Shown: positions 24,635 to 37,330, counted from the stretch's first letter. The stretch: DNA of 64,000 nucleotides from Stegostoma tigrinum (GCF_030684315.1 NC_081383.1:11040761-11104760); one strand, 5' to 3'. The notes: generated by a model from the sequence alone, not told the origin. A program made the numbers and translations.

Positions 24635-25976
24635 GTAAATGGGTTAATCATTCAAAGAGATAACCAAGAATGTGATTAAGGTGGTGTGCTTCTCCATTTT
24701 ATGTGTCATGTAAATTTTTCTGAAATTGCATTATTGAGTTCTAGAATTGCTTTCTACCTGCAAATTTGTGGTTAATCTGTTTTGGATACCTTCTTAAACA
24801 AATGTGTTGGTGAAGTACATACCACTAGCATTCTTCAGCAGCAGTATTGACTGTAACAATTGACATGCTCAGTACCATTCAGCAGACATACTCATGCATG
24901 CTACAAACTGCTGCTTTTCTGCCTCTGAACCTGTTTGCAGGATTTTTGAAGCCTCCTGTAATGGCCTTGCATGATTTGATACAGTTGGTGTTTCTGCCTG
25001 AGTTAGAACGTCTATTTGTGCTTGTTCCAAAATTTGAGTGGCATTCCAGTACAGTGTTCAATGTTTCCTGCATTGCTGTAGGAACCAGTGACCCAAAATA
25101 GACCTTGGACTAAATTGTTGCAGTTAATACCTTGATCCTGGATGCTATTGGTGAGCCTACATTCTGTCAGACTAGTGAGATTACCTTGTTTCTAGATGTA
25201 TCCTAATCAACTCATTCAAAGGTGTTTTATTACATATGTCTGGACCACTTAGGACTTAAGCCCACCCCTCCTGGCTCAGGATGGATGCTACCATTGGACT
25301 TCATGGGCCCCCTAAGATTAGCTTGGGTTTTTTCACAGAAGGGAAGACTGGCACGATTTGCTCCTGGGCTTAGAATAGGTTGAAATGAACTCAGAATTAT
25401 CAGAGACTTTAGGTGTCATTTGCTGACAGATACAGGATACATTTTAATCTTGATAAGCACAATCAGAGAGTATTAGGGAAGCGGGAAATGGAAAAGGCCC
25501 TTAATTCTGACGGTTTTTCCTGTCTGTCACCAAAGATGTTTAATGTCTGAATTATCCAATATTGTACGTGCAATTTTTAAAATCGGAAATAATTAAATGT
25601 CTGGTTTCTTTTATAATGCTAACAAATCTGACAAAGTGAGCATTGTTTAAGGTACTTTGCAAATGAGAGGTGGGAAGAGTGCCTTTTGTGTTGCCCACTT
25701 AATTCTTTTACATAGATGAGTGAGGTGTCAAAAAAGGCATAAAGTAACTTGAGCTATTTCATGCATCCTGTTGCTGTTGTGCTTCAAGACATTGTGATTC
25801 AGCTCAGACACAATTGCTTTAGGATATTCTAAATCAGATTATCTAGATGAGTGTTTGTGAATTGGCATAATAATAAACTTTCTAAAACACTGCAGGTTAC
25901 AACTTTTATTTTGAACCTTTTTGAGGAGTGATTGTAAATGAAGGTAGGCTTGCTTTAACTGTTGTATGTTTTTCAG

Positions 25977-26006
25977 GGATGTGGATGGCACCTGGTCAGC
26001 CAATGG
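25977..26006 (+). CDS. DAZAP1: DAZAP1 exon 9 (GMWMAPGQPM)
   Basis: ttttcag acceptor, GTAAGT donor, 30 nt, phase 1-1. Confidence 0.92.
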
Positions 26007-26102
26007 GTAAGTTTGTTCTTAAATGGATTAATGCTTTGTGTAACACATGTGGAGGAAGGCACACTGTGTTGACATAATCTGTCCTACGTTTCTTTTTCCT
26101 AG

Positions 26103-26252
26103 GTGGGTATGGTCCGCCACCACCTCCAGGAGGGAGGGGTGCCCCTCCACAGCCTCCCCACTTTAATCCCTATGTAGTTCCACAACCACCTCCAGGAGGA
26201 TTTGCACCACCTCAGGGATTTGGACAAGGTTTTGGTGCTCCTCCGCAATATG
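26103..26252 (+). CDS. DAZAP1: DAZAP1 exon 10 (Pro/Gly-rich GGYGPPPPPGGRGAPP...PPQY)
   Basis: tttttcctag acceptor, GTATGT donor, 150 nt, open frame. Confidence 0.93.
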
Positions 26253-27567
26253 GTATGTTTTTAAAATTTGCATTTCCACCAAACCAAAGAAAGTGAACAA
26301 CTAGTTTGATTGTACCATCAGGTTTTCTGTTAGAGGTGTTGAGAAGCAAACTTGCCTGTAACATGCAAACATTGCAAAAATATTAGGGCATCTGATCAAA
26401 GCAGTATTTCAGTTGACATTACATGTAGCAATTATATTGTGTATGATGAAGACATATGTTTAATTTTTCAATGTAATATAAATTGAGATGGGAGTGCTTT
26501 TTATGATGCATATTAATGTAACAGGTATCCATTACCTGCCGAAAGTGGTTTTTCATCACAAAGATAATGGTATACCATGTTGATGGAGCAGTGAAGCAAT
26601 CAGTTTTAAACTATGATAAAGCAATCTGGTGGCGAGTCCAGGAACTATTTCGGAATGGTGCAAAGAGGGAAATTGCATTGCATTACATTAGGCAACTGAC
26701 ACCATGTTCAGAACAACTGATTAGAACATGATGACCAGCTCTATCACTTACTTTTAATCTACAGTAAATTAGTTAGGCTTACAGGTAGGCATTTTCACAC
26801 TCTTTTATTTAGCTATTGACTTAACAATTTCAAAATTGTGAAATCATTTACTATTTAGTACAGGTTTTTTGTATCCTAACAGTGCAGCCTGTTGAAGCCT
26901 TGCTTTTGTATCTTCAAATGTATAGTTTTAAAAACTGTGAAAAATTTAGCGCTTTCTGTCAGAATGTCTTGTGTGGTTTCTGCATTGCTGTTCTTGCTGA
27001 CCTTTTTTTTTTGAAAAAAAGGCCCATTAAAGAACCAAGCTGGATTGCACTTTTTGCTTGGCAGTGTATCTGCTGAGCTTGATCTGTGGTTATCTTTAAT
27101 TGATGGTCCATTCTATTTGACCATATAAATGTTCTTACAGGTTTTTTTTTGTTTTTTGCCCGTCAGATAGGGTAATATCATTCCTGATCCCACATGGCAT
27201 TAAACATGCTGTGTGTTTTTTTTTTGTTTTAAGCAGAGAGCTGAGTGAACAGCACAGCACTGAATTTGTGACTGATTGCTTTCCTGCTGTCAATTTTACA
27301 AGTAGTCAAGAGTAAACAGCTGGGCCCATGTAGCACAACAGGATGCATGTATTGCATACACATTTGTACACCTCAGTATGGAATACGTCCAAACAAAAAC
27401 GTTTTCTTCCTGACCTTGCCTCAAGTTTTTCTTTTGTTCATAATGAGTAATGTTCTTGTCCCATTGTGACAAACGTTGAAACAATATGATCATGCCACCC
27501 ACTCCTTTTTTAAACATTAAAACATCTATCACCTGTCTGACCTGACCTAATTCTCGTTGCTATTCAG

Positions 27568-27741
27568 GCTATGGAGGATTTGGCGCACCTCCAGCTGACC
27601 AGTTTGGCCCACCTGGAATACCAGCTCCGCCTGCCACACCAGGAGCAGGACAGATGGGCTACCCACCAGCAACACAGACACCTCAGGACATGAGCAAGCC
27701 ACCTGCTGGACAGCCCGAATTCCCTGGGTACAACCAGTATG
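27568..27741 (+). CDS. DAZAP1: DAZAP1 exon 11 (GYGGFGAPPADQFGPPGIPAPPATPGA...QDMSKPP...YNQY)
   Basis: tattcag acceptor, GTAGGT donor, 174 nt. PPATPG and QDMSKPP match DAZAP1. Confidence 0.93.
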
Positions 27742-29011
27742 GTAGGTAATAGTAGTGTAGGTATTTTGAGGTGCTGTAGGATTAGAAAAGAACACAACCC
27801 CCTTCAGTGCAGATGACTTCCTGAAGTCAGAGGCCCTTCTACCTGCTGGGAATAGAAGCAGGTATTGCGTGAATACCAAAAGACAAGGAGGTAAAGAATG
27901 GTGGGTTGAATTAGATCATCCTTTTCTAGCATTTTGTAACTTATCGAATAGAATCTACTGTAAGGGTCAGAGCAGATGACAAGTGCAGATTATTAATTTA
28001 AAAGACATAACTTAAAAGTAGTAATTCACTTTTTACATCAATGCAGTGTTGTAATTTTTAATGCTGTGTCTCTTGATTTCTACTTTAATCTGCTCTTCCC
28101 TTCATCACCCTCAAAAATGTTGTAACTTTGAATGTGGAAGTTTCTAATCCAGCTGTTGGTCTGTCTACTGTTTCTGATCTGGATCTTAACCTTGGTCCAC
28201 CTACTTCCATTTTATTTAATAAACCTGGCTAAGTGCAGCTCTCTGCTCTTTGTTCTACATTGAAAATCTAACTTCCAGTTTTTTTTTAAAGTAAGCAGGA
28301 TGATTTTCTTCAGCCAGATTTCATTAAGGTGAAAAATTTATTCCAAGAAATTCAGGATATGAATAAATTAAAACTGGGCTACTTACCTAAGGACATGGTG
28401 ATTTATCAAGGGCTTTAATGTGTGAAAAGGGCTCCCATGTTAATTTGGATGTGGTGAATTATAATTCTCAATTTCTGGTAATATTCAATTTGAAAAGCTT
28501 TAATTTTAATGTTACTATAATGGAGTCTTCAAAATATGGTTGTAATATTTGTTTTATCTGGCCTTGCATTCAGATTTAACTTTTCCTTTTACTCATATGG
28601 AAGTAGCTGAACCAAAGCATGTAGTTCACTAAAATACACTCTGTTCACTTGCTGTTATGGGGTGCATGTTTGTTTTCTCCCTATACCCAAATATACTGTG
28701 CAGCTCAGTACCTTTTCTACAGGCTGTACGACAATCAATGAAGGTACTTGCCCATGGGGTGCAATTCAGATGATTAACTTAGACACCATTTGTTTTAACT
28801 TTTTTTATATATTGATAGTTTTGTTGCCACAATTTACCTATATGGAATTTAAAAGAAAAAACTGACCAAACATCTGCTTAAATGTATTTCTATTTCGCTG
28901 GCATTTCTGTGCATCCATATACCATTGGTGACCTGATGCATCTATGCCATGGATTGAAGCAGGCTCAGGCTTACTGGGGTAGTCATCCTGGTTTCCTCAT
29001 CTCCCTAATAG

Positions 29012-29104
29012 GCATGGGTAACTATCCTCAGGATCCTTCAGGCTACGGACCCACGCGTCCTTCTCAGACTTACGGTCAGGCTGAGCAGGGATATAGTGCA
29101 GCAG
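29012..29104 (+). CDS. DAZAP1: DAZAP1 probable cassette exon (GMGNYPQDPSGYGPTRPSQTYGQAEQGYSAA)
   Basis: Pyrimidine-rich ccctaatag acceptor, CAG|GTAGGT donor, 93 nt, symmetric phase 1-1. G/Y/Q/P composition resembles the flanking exons. Confidence 0.8.
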
Positions 29105-29374
29105 GTAGGTGTTGCATAGACTTTGAACTGCCTTGCTTCAACAAAGATGAGTAGCTTAAGTAGGATGTAGTCCTTACTCACTTAGTTTTTATTTTAAATG
29201 GGAGAATAGTGTGCTAAATCAGTTGAGCATTTGTTGTGCTGGTACAAGGATGATCTAATTATGCAAAATTAGTTTGATTTTTGTAAAGTTGCTTACTGTT
29301 AAGTTAATAATTACTTTAGTCTGCACCTATCCTGTTCAAGCAGTTGTAACTTTTCTATTCTATTTGTTTAATAG

Positions 29375-29556
29375 GTTATGGGCAAGATATGAGTGGTTTT
29401 GGCCAAGCCCCAGGTTTCTCGGATCCAAATCAGCCCGCTCCCTCATTTGGAGGACCCTCAGCACCAGCACCTCCAGGGGCTCCACCATCTGCACCAGGTG
29501 GATTTGCCCGCGGTCAGAACCACAATGCTCAGGGGTTCCACCCTTACAGGCGTTAA
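29375..29556 (+). CDS. DAZAP1: DAZAP1 last coding exon (GYGQDMSGFGQ...RGQNHNAQGFHPYRR*)
   Basis: aatag acceptor, TAA at 29554-29556. The C-terminus GQNHNxQGFHPYRR matches the DAZAP1 long isoform. Confidence 0.96.
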
Positions 29557-30008
29557 AACCATGGCAGGGAAAGGAAATAAAGGAGTATATTCTGGTGTAA
29601 ACTTGGCCAGAAATTCCTTAATTTTGTGACTCTTTTGTGACAATCACTTGATTAAATAACAAAAACAACAAAAAAAAATTTAAAAGGAGTTTGAAGGATA
29701 CGCTGTGGGCTGTGGACTGCATTTTTTTTTGAACTTATTCTCCTCTTTTCCCAACAGCACAATGATCTCTTTGTGCTCTGAGTGTTGCAAGGTTTAGGAG
29801 AAATATTCTGCTGTACCATATAACTCTTGATTTCATTTTTTTTGATTTGTTCCTTATTCTGAGCCTTTGTTTTACCCTAGTATACTTTATGTTTAAAATT
29901 GAAACATTTGAACACAGACGTTACAATTTTTAGGAGAAATTTTGTACTATTTACATCTGACTTATTTTTTAATTTAAAGATGTAGATTTCCCTTCAGAAT
30001 GGCTGTAG

Positions 30009-30051
30009 AATAAACTGCAAAATAAAGACAGATGACCCCAGTTTAAATAAA
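30009..30051 (+). terminator. DAZAP1: Cluster of three AATAAA poly(A) signals for DAZAP1
   Basis: AATAAA at 30009, 30021 and 30046 after a U-rich 3' UTR. Confidence 0.7.
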
Positions 30052-30479
30052 GAGAGCACATTTCGTTTAAAATATCTGGCCTCGAGTCATTTGTGCATGT
30101 TCGTAAAGTATTCTAAGTGTGATATGTATGTGCAAATACATAGTTAATTTTAATATTTTTAAGTTAGTGTATCTGGAGCACAGTAGAAGTAAGGAAATGT
30201 TCATGAACAGAATCTCTCGGCCTGAGCAACATACCTGTCCATTGCTCATGACTGTCACCTTTCTGAAAGTTTTTAGGTTTGATCTGAAGTTTTGTTTAAA
30301 TTGTTGTGATCCAGAGGCTTTTTCACCCATATGCATCAACTTCAGGTTGGGAGCAGCTCTGGATGTTAATGGTTTTCCTGTAGCAACTATTGAAACATAT
30401 TTGAGGGAGGACTTGCATCTAAGGGACAAATTTCACACACACACTCACCCCCAAACATCCGGATGGGGTATGTAAGTTA

Positions 30480-31720
30480 CTGCCAATGATGTGGGCGGGG
30501 GGTGCTCGTGATGCATTGGGGTGGACAAATAACACTGGAGGACACCGGGTTATTGTGCACCTGGTTGATCTGAAATCGCAAACCTTCATAGCATTGCCCT
30601 TTTGACAGGTGACATGAGAGAGAAGGACACAGACTTTATAGGCAGACAGATCGGAAGGCAGCCTTGGAGGCGCTTACCTGAGGATCAGAAGCTGAATGTC
30701 CTTCATTGTTGGAAGTGTTCCCCCAACTGCAAGGGAGTATTCCTGTCTGGCGATTGTTGCATGGTGTTCATTCATCTGCTGTCGTAGCATCTGCACAGTC
30801 TCACCAGTATACCATGACTCGAGGCATCCTTGCCTGCAGCGTGAGATAGACAACACTGGTTAAGTCACATGAACGTCTGCAGTGTACGTGATGAGTGGTG
30901 TTTCTGTGTGTGATGGTGGTATCAATGCTGATGGTCTGACCTATCTTGAGGTTGCCGTGGCAAGCTTGTGTGGTGTTGTGGTTGATGTTCTGAAGGCTGG
31001 GTAATTTACTGTGAATGATGCTCTGTTTTACTGGTTGTTTCAAGGCGAGAAATGGAAGTGTAGGGATGATCTTGATGAGATGCTCTGTATCATCGATATG
31101 TTGAAGGCTGTAAAGAACATGGCATAGTCTCGTCACTCTGGAGCAGTACTGTGACTAAGCATCCTCCAAGGCAGCTTTCTAAGATACACCACAATGCAGA
31201 ATTGCTGAGCAAAATCTGATAGCTGAGTTCGGTACCCATGATGACTGCTTCAACCTTGATCTTGGGTACATGTCGATTAAATTCTGTATCTGTAAAATCT
31301 TTACTGTCCAGTTGAGGCCATTACCTTGATAAATGTGATCTCTACCTGTAATTGGTTTATACAGTTTTAATTACTTATTACTTGGATAATAACAACTCCT
31401 ATCACAATTATGTTATTCTAGTCATTTGGTTTGTCTCCAGCACCTTTTTATATTTTGTAGTTATCTCTGCCTCATTTAGTTGGCTTATAGGTCACATCTT
31501 GGCATGTTAGTCAGCTGTTGATACTTGCACTGTCTGACACTTTATCACCTGTAGAAACCTGCTATTTGACACTTCACTCAGCATTTATATGATCTTGCTG
31601 CTCTTCATCTCTCTGCCTATCAATCTTCTGTGCTTTTTGCTACTTCACGGACAAAGGGCCTACGCTATAAAAGCCTGTGATTTTGAATAAACCTGTTGGG
31701 ACTATAATCTGGTGTTCTCT
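30480..31720. mobile_element. Penelope-like element with internal inversion (GIY-YIG on -, 3' pLTR on +)
   Basis: The - strand encodes SCDLTSVVYL..C..GC....YTGETVQMLRQQMNEH (GIY-YIG). From ~31155 the + strand continues the element to the aataaacctgttgg.actataa.ctggtg end. Confidence 0.8.
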
Positions 31721-32499
31721 AATTGCAGTGCAGTAAGGTCTTGCAAACCAGTAAGATAGATATCAGGTTTATCTGACTTAAGTGTTTGATGTTAGTTGGC
31801 ATAAAAGACTCCACAAATTGGTATTGGTCAACACCTGAAAAATAGTGGGCAAAACAAAATTGCAGGGTTTTTAACAGGCTTAATAGCTTGTCTGTGATTT
31901 CAAAATGAAAGCTAATTGATTTTCCTTTTTCATGAATAGTGACATTGCATTTCCTACACAGCATTTATTTCTTTTTAACACTTTATATGTCAGTTTGGGG
32001 ATTTAAAATCCAGTCTAATTAAGCACCTCACCACATTGAGTTCGTAAGATTCAACAATCTTCCATGTGCCTGAGCGAACCAAACATAATGGGGATATGGT
32101 TAACAGTGCAAGTATTGAGTGGAGATATAGGATCAATGGAATCTTGCAGTTAGCTTTATATTCAGCAGGTCGGTCTGTAGAAGAGCTTTACTCTTGTTGG
32201 TGTTTGTTGTTATAGTGTATTACCAAGTGATTTAATCTTTGCAAACAATAATTGGGAAATCTTTCAGCGTCTCTGTCTGAATTGCAATGTTAAACAGAAA
32301 AGACTCATCTGATGTAGGATGTGCTGTGGTGAACCCTGCTCATTCACTTTCTCAAGTGCGATTAAGGATGGATTGCAAATGTTGAGCCTTGCATTGTTTA
32401 CATCCTATGACAAAGTAAGGTTTAAAAAGTACCTCATGCAATGGCTTTGTGAGATCCTCCAAACACAAAGTGAGAAAGTGCAACAATGGCATCCTCTCC

Positions 32500-33715
32500 C
32501 AGTTCAAAAAGGGTGCAGAAAAATTTTACAAGGATTTTGCCAGGTTTGGAGGGCTTGAAATTACAAAGACAGGCTATTTCCCTGGAGCATTGGAGGCTGA
32601 GGGATATAAAGGTTTATAAAAGGGATTACGGATAAGGTGAACAGCCAGGGTGTTTTCCCCAAGGTAGGGAAGCACTAAACTTGAGGGAATGGGTTTAAGG
32701 TGTGAGAGGGAAAATTTAAAAGAGACCTGTGGGGCAACTTTTTCATGCAGAGAGTACTGCAGAGGAGGTGGTTGAACTTAGTACTAATATAACACTTAAA
32801 AGGCATATGGATGAGGACATGAATAGGAAGGGTTTGGAAAGATATGGGCCAAATGCTGGCATATTGGACTGGATTAATTTAGGATATCTGGTCAGCACAG
32901 ATGAGTTAAACCAAATGGTCTGTTTCTATACAATGTGTAACTCTATAATGTACCCAGCAATAAGTTACTAATTGCTCAAAACCAGCTCTGGCGAGCAGAA
33001 CCTTGCCTGCCAATAGACTACCAAAGCAACTGTTGAACTGAGCTTTAGCACTATTTACTTTGGTAAGATGAAAAAGGGCAGGACTTATATCATTAATGGT
33101 AAGGTGGTTAAAAATGTGTTTAACATACTTGACTTCATTTGGTCGGATCATTGAGTATAGGTGATGGGATGTGATTTTAAGGCTGTACAGGACATTGGTG
33201 AGGCAGTGTCTGGAGTACTGTGCGGGCCCGGTTGCCTTGTTATTAGAAGATAATTATTAATTTGGAGAGAGAGTTCAGAAAAGATTTACCAGGATGTTGC
33301 TGAGACTGGAGGGTTTGATTTATAAGGATGAGCTGGGACTGTTTTCACTGGAGCATAGCATTTAAGGGGATGACCTTTAAAGAGGTTTATAAAATCGAGG
33401 TCCTTGGGTAAGGTGAACAGCAAAGGACTTTCCCCTTGGTTGGGGAGTTCAAAACTAGGGGACATGCATTAAGGTGAGAGGAGAAAAAATTTAAAGGGTA
33501 CTGAGGGGCACCTTTTTCACACAGGGTTGTTTACATGTGGAATTAACCAACAAAGGAAGTGTTGGATGCAGACAGAGTTGCAACAAAGGCTTTTGGAAGG
33601 ATAGTGAATAGGAGAGTTTTGGAGGGATGTGGTGACAACGCAGGCAAAAGGGATCAGTTTAGTTTGGGAAAACTGGTTGGCATAGACAAGTTAGTGAAGG
33701 ATCTGTTTCCTGCAT
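32500..33715 (+). mobile_element. Two tandem CR1/HER1-like 3' fragments (~32500-32950, ~33045-33715)
   Basis: Repeated ctggagca..ggaggctgaggg...gaggtttataaaat...aaggtgaacag motifs and 3' tails. Confidence 0.8.
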
Positions 33716-33773
33716 ATAGCAAGGTCTTGTCGGTTGCATGTAGGTTATTATCAGCCATCTCCAGTCCCATTAA

Positions 33774-33953
33774 GAGATAGTAAGAACTGCTGATGCTGGA
33801 GTCGGATATAATTGGAGTTGGAGGAACATAGCAGGCCAGGCAGCATCAGAGGAGCAGGAAGCTGGTGTTTCAGATCAGGACCCGAAACACCATCTTTTCT
33901 GATCCTCTGATACTGCCTGGCCTGCTATGTTCCTCCAGCTCCACACTGTGTTA
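33774..33953. mobile_element. Hairpin Penelope-derived short element
   Basis: Inverted arms, flanked by TCCA(G/A)TCCCATTAA direct repeat (33760-33773 / 33954-33967). Confidence 0.8.
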
Positions 33954-35569
33954 TCCAATCCCATTAAACTGTGTTGGGTGTAAGTCATTCTCAATTTTGA
34001 AGGACTGTCAAAGTGAGGAGATCTAATTTACAAAATAAAAGTATTTTTTTAAAGGAAATATTCTAAAATCCTCATGTTACTTCCCTGGTTTCATATTTGG
34101 GGATAATTTCTAGTTTTTTACATTAGTTCTAGTTCTCATTTTCTTTAAACCCACTCTTCAATGCACAAACATTTAATTCTTAAGTTTCCAATTTTAATCT
34201 ATTTATTCATACAAACATATACAACACAACCCTTCTCTACACTCTACTTCCTCAGTGGTAATTTGTAACTTTTCCAAATCCGGTTTATGTATTTCCCCTT
34301 ATTATTCTTTGGTTCTGCTCACCATATTTTCTTTCCATTTAATCTGAGCAAGGTCATGTTTTATCTCTCTAATTAGCCACTCCCAAGTATGGTTCCTTTC
34401 AACTTTCCTGATCCTATGCTGAACCTACTTATGCGATTATCTCTCAAATGCCATTCTGCCTTTATGTTTTTATTTTACTACTAAATTTGTGTATTTCCAA
34501 CTTTTTTCAATGTTTTGTTCAGAGCTATAATTGCATTTGTGTCATGCTTTCAGTATAATAAAGCAACTCAGGGTGCTTCCAGGCAGTTTCATAATGCGGA
34601 ATCTGATGCTGAGCCTTATTGGGCAATAAAGAACCACATATGCTGGAAATCTGAAACAAAACTTGTTGGGCCAAAGGGGCCTGTTTCCACACTGTAGGGA
34701 ATCTAATCTAATCTTAAAAACAAAATTGCTGGTGAACTCAGCCGGTCTGGCAGCATCTGTGGGAAGAAGGCAGACTTAACGTTTCGACTCCAGTAACTGT
34801 CAGTTCTGAAGAAGATACAGTCAGAAATTTCAGTCCTGATCAGGCAATATTAGGGTAGATGACCAAAAGCTTGGGTCAGGCTTTTATGTGACGGAAGGGT
34901 AGAAAGAAAGAATGGTGGAAAGTGTTATGGCTGGAATTTCTGAACTTAACCTTGGGTCTTTATTTGTATTTTGGTTCTTTTCCCCAAACTGGACCCTGCA
35001 GAGTAGACAAGTAGTAAGCACAAAAAAAAAGAGGCAACTTGATGCAATACAAGACGTGAAGCAAATGTGACTTCCATAAGCGCAGCTCATCGTTGGATGG
35101 ATATCTCATCTTGAAGGAGCATAAAGAAGCATTTAAGACACATCATTGTTGAAAATTGGGCACTTGATGAGTACCTTTGTTCAGAAGGGAATTTTTTAAA
35201 CATTTAAATAAGTTTAGATTTTACTTATGTTTTGTTTTAGATGTTGGCATGTAAGTTGACCTGAAAAATCCCTCCAAGAATGGTTGATATGTATGCCAAG
35301 TATAAAAATGAACTTGCAGCATAAATATCGCTCAGCATTTTGAAATGTCAACAGCATCCAATGCTAAGAGCGGGCATGCCCATCCTTGGCAACGCTGCTC
35401 CTCGTGCCTACTTGATCACTTGTGCCCAACTATAAGGTATGTTTAACATACGTTTGCAGGAGGGAAAAATGATTCTGATTGATAGGTATAGCATGTTAAG
35501 CCTGAATAGATAATTTTAAGCAACCAGTTCAGACATGTATGACACATTCCTGGAGCAGGTGGGATGAGG

Positions 35570-35907
35570 GAGGTGATGGCCTCATTGAATTATTGCTGGG
35601 CTGTGACCCAGATAATATTCTAGGGACCCGGGTTTGAATCCTGCCATGGCAGATGGTGGAATTTGAATTCAATAAACATCTAATGATGACTGTGAATGCA
35701 TTGCCGGTTATGGGAAAAACCCATCTGGTTCTCTAATGTCCCTTAGAGAAGGAAACTGCCAAACTTTACCTGATGTGGTCTCCATGTGACTCCAGACCCA
35801 CAGCAATGTGTTTGACTCTTAACTGCCCTCTGGGCAATTAGGGATGGACAATAAATGCTGCCTAACAAGTGATGCCCTTAGCCCATGAATGAATAAAGAA
35901 AAAAAAG
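35570..35907 (+). mobile_element. tRNA-derived SINE, second family (copies at 62469-62812 and ~42285-42640)
   Basis: B-box-like gggtttgaatcc, body aaaacccatctggttc.ctaatgtcc, tail aataaatgctgcc...atgaatgaataaagaaaaaaaa. Confidence 0.75.
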
Positions 35908-36170
35908 TGAATCCTAGCCTTCTAACCCAGAGGTAGAGACACTACCACTGTGGCACATGAGCCCTTATGAATATTTTCTCATCGTTCTGTTGGGAATTGT
36001 AGGAGCAAATTACTGCAGATGCTGGAATCTGTACTGAAAACAATAAGTGCTGAGACTGCAGCGGGTCAGGCAGCAGCCATGGAGAGAGAGCAAGCTAACG
36101 TTTTGAGTCTAGATGACTCTTCATCTGAGCTGAAGTGACATTTGTAGGGGACTCCATTTATGCTATAGTT

Positions 36171-36321
36171 AGCACATGCACAGTGGCCCAGTATTCGCTG
36201 CCTTGGCCAAAATCCCATGATATTTGCTGCAGGGGAAACGAGATCTGTCTTTTCCAGAGACAGCAAGTGAACATGGTGGGTTGATGTAGATGGTGGACTT
36301 GAGAGAATCCACTATAAACCC
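36171..36321 (+). repeat. Diverged duplicate of the RPS15 core promoter/exon 1 (source 37563-37712)
   Basis: Colinear with the real promoter (shared GATATTTGCTGCAG, GGAAACGAGATCTGTCTTTTCCAG and GTGAACATGGTGGGTTG), with CpG>TpG/CpA changes. Confidence 0.92.
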
Positions 36322-36857
36322 AATAGAGTACAGTGGAAGAAAAGATGTTGATAGTTCAGATTAAGTGATCGAAATGTGAGAATGGCAGAACAATGGTGTG
36401 TTTAACTGCCAGATTTGAAATAACAGTTCCAATGGGGTGGGGAGCAAGGATCTGAGAATGTAACGATGAAAGCGAAAAGAAAGGGAGGAATGGGTGTTGG
36501 TGCATAATTTGCAGGTGTTGAATTCAATATTAGGTCTAGGAGGCTGTAAAGTGCCTAGTCTGAAGATGAGATGTCATTCTTCCAGTTTGTGCAGATTCAC
36601 TGGACTATTGTTATTGCATGTTTCTAGAGCAGGTGGAATTTGAAACCGATCTTCTGGTTCAGAGTTGGGGGCACTACCACGCCTCCAAATGAACCTTTAG
36701 AGTCCCAATTTTATGGTTAGTGTAGATTTTCTTTAAATCAACATACTGAAGATGTGTTAAGACAATATGTAGGGAAGGTATGACTTGAAGCTGGGCCTCC
36801 TGACCCACCGATAGGGACATTATCATTGCACCACGAGAACCCTAAAAGTCCTTTTAT

Positions 36858-36952
36858 TGAGATAACAAAGTGTAGAACTGGATGAACACAGCAGGCCAAG
36901 CAGCATCTTAGGAGCACAAAAGCTGATGTTTCAGGCCTAGACCCTTCTTCAG
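36858..36952 (-). mobile_element. Monomeric hammerhead-bearing short element
   Basis: Reverse complement CTGAAGA-AGG gtctagg CCT-GAAAC ATC AG. Flanked by AAAAGT(C/G)CTTTTAT direct repeats (36844 / 36953). Confidence 0.75.
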
Positions 36953-37300
36953 AAAAGTGCTTTTATATACTGGATCAATACACTGTGGATCTGGAGGAAC
37001 ACATTAGGTCAGACAGCATCAGAGGAACAGGAAAGTCAATGTTTCCATAAGACCATCAGACATCAGAGCAAAAATTAGGGTATTTGGTCCATTGAGTCTG
37101 CTCTACCATTCAATCATGGCTGATAAATTCCTCAACCCCATTCTCCTGCTTTCTCCCTGTGACTCTTGATCACCTTCATCAGAACTGGGTACGTGCAATA
37201 ATATGATTAATGAAACGAATAAATGAAACCATGTCTATCTATAGACTAAATAAAAAAAACAGAAATTGCTGGAAAAGTTCAACAGATCTGAGGATTAACT

Positions 37301-37330
37301 CTGATGAAGGGTCTGGGCCTGAAACGTCAG
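37301..37330 (+). ncRNA. Minimal hammerhead-ribozyme motif, intact core
   Basis: CTGATGA AGG-gtctggg-CCT GAAAC GTC AG: CUGANGA, stem II, GAAA, palindromic ACGT stem III and GUC cleavage triplet. The element is flanked by the 12-nt repeat GATTAACTCTGA (37293 / 37419). Confidence 0.7.

Noticed and set aside
30067-30475. Overlapping 120-aa and 118-aa ORFs on opposite strands
   Set aside because: No motifs or splice context. Chance frames between the DAZAP1 3' end and a Penelope remnant.
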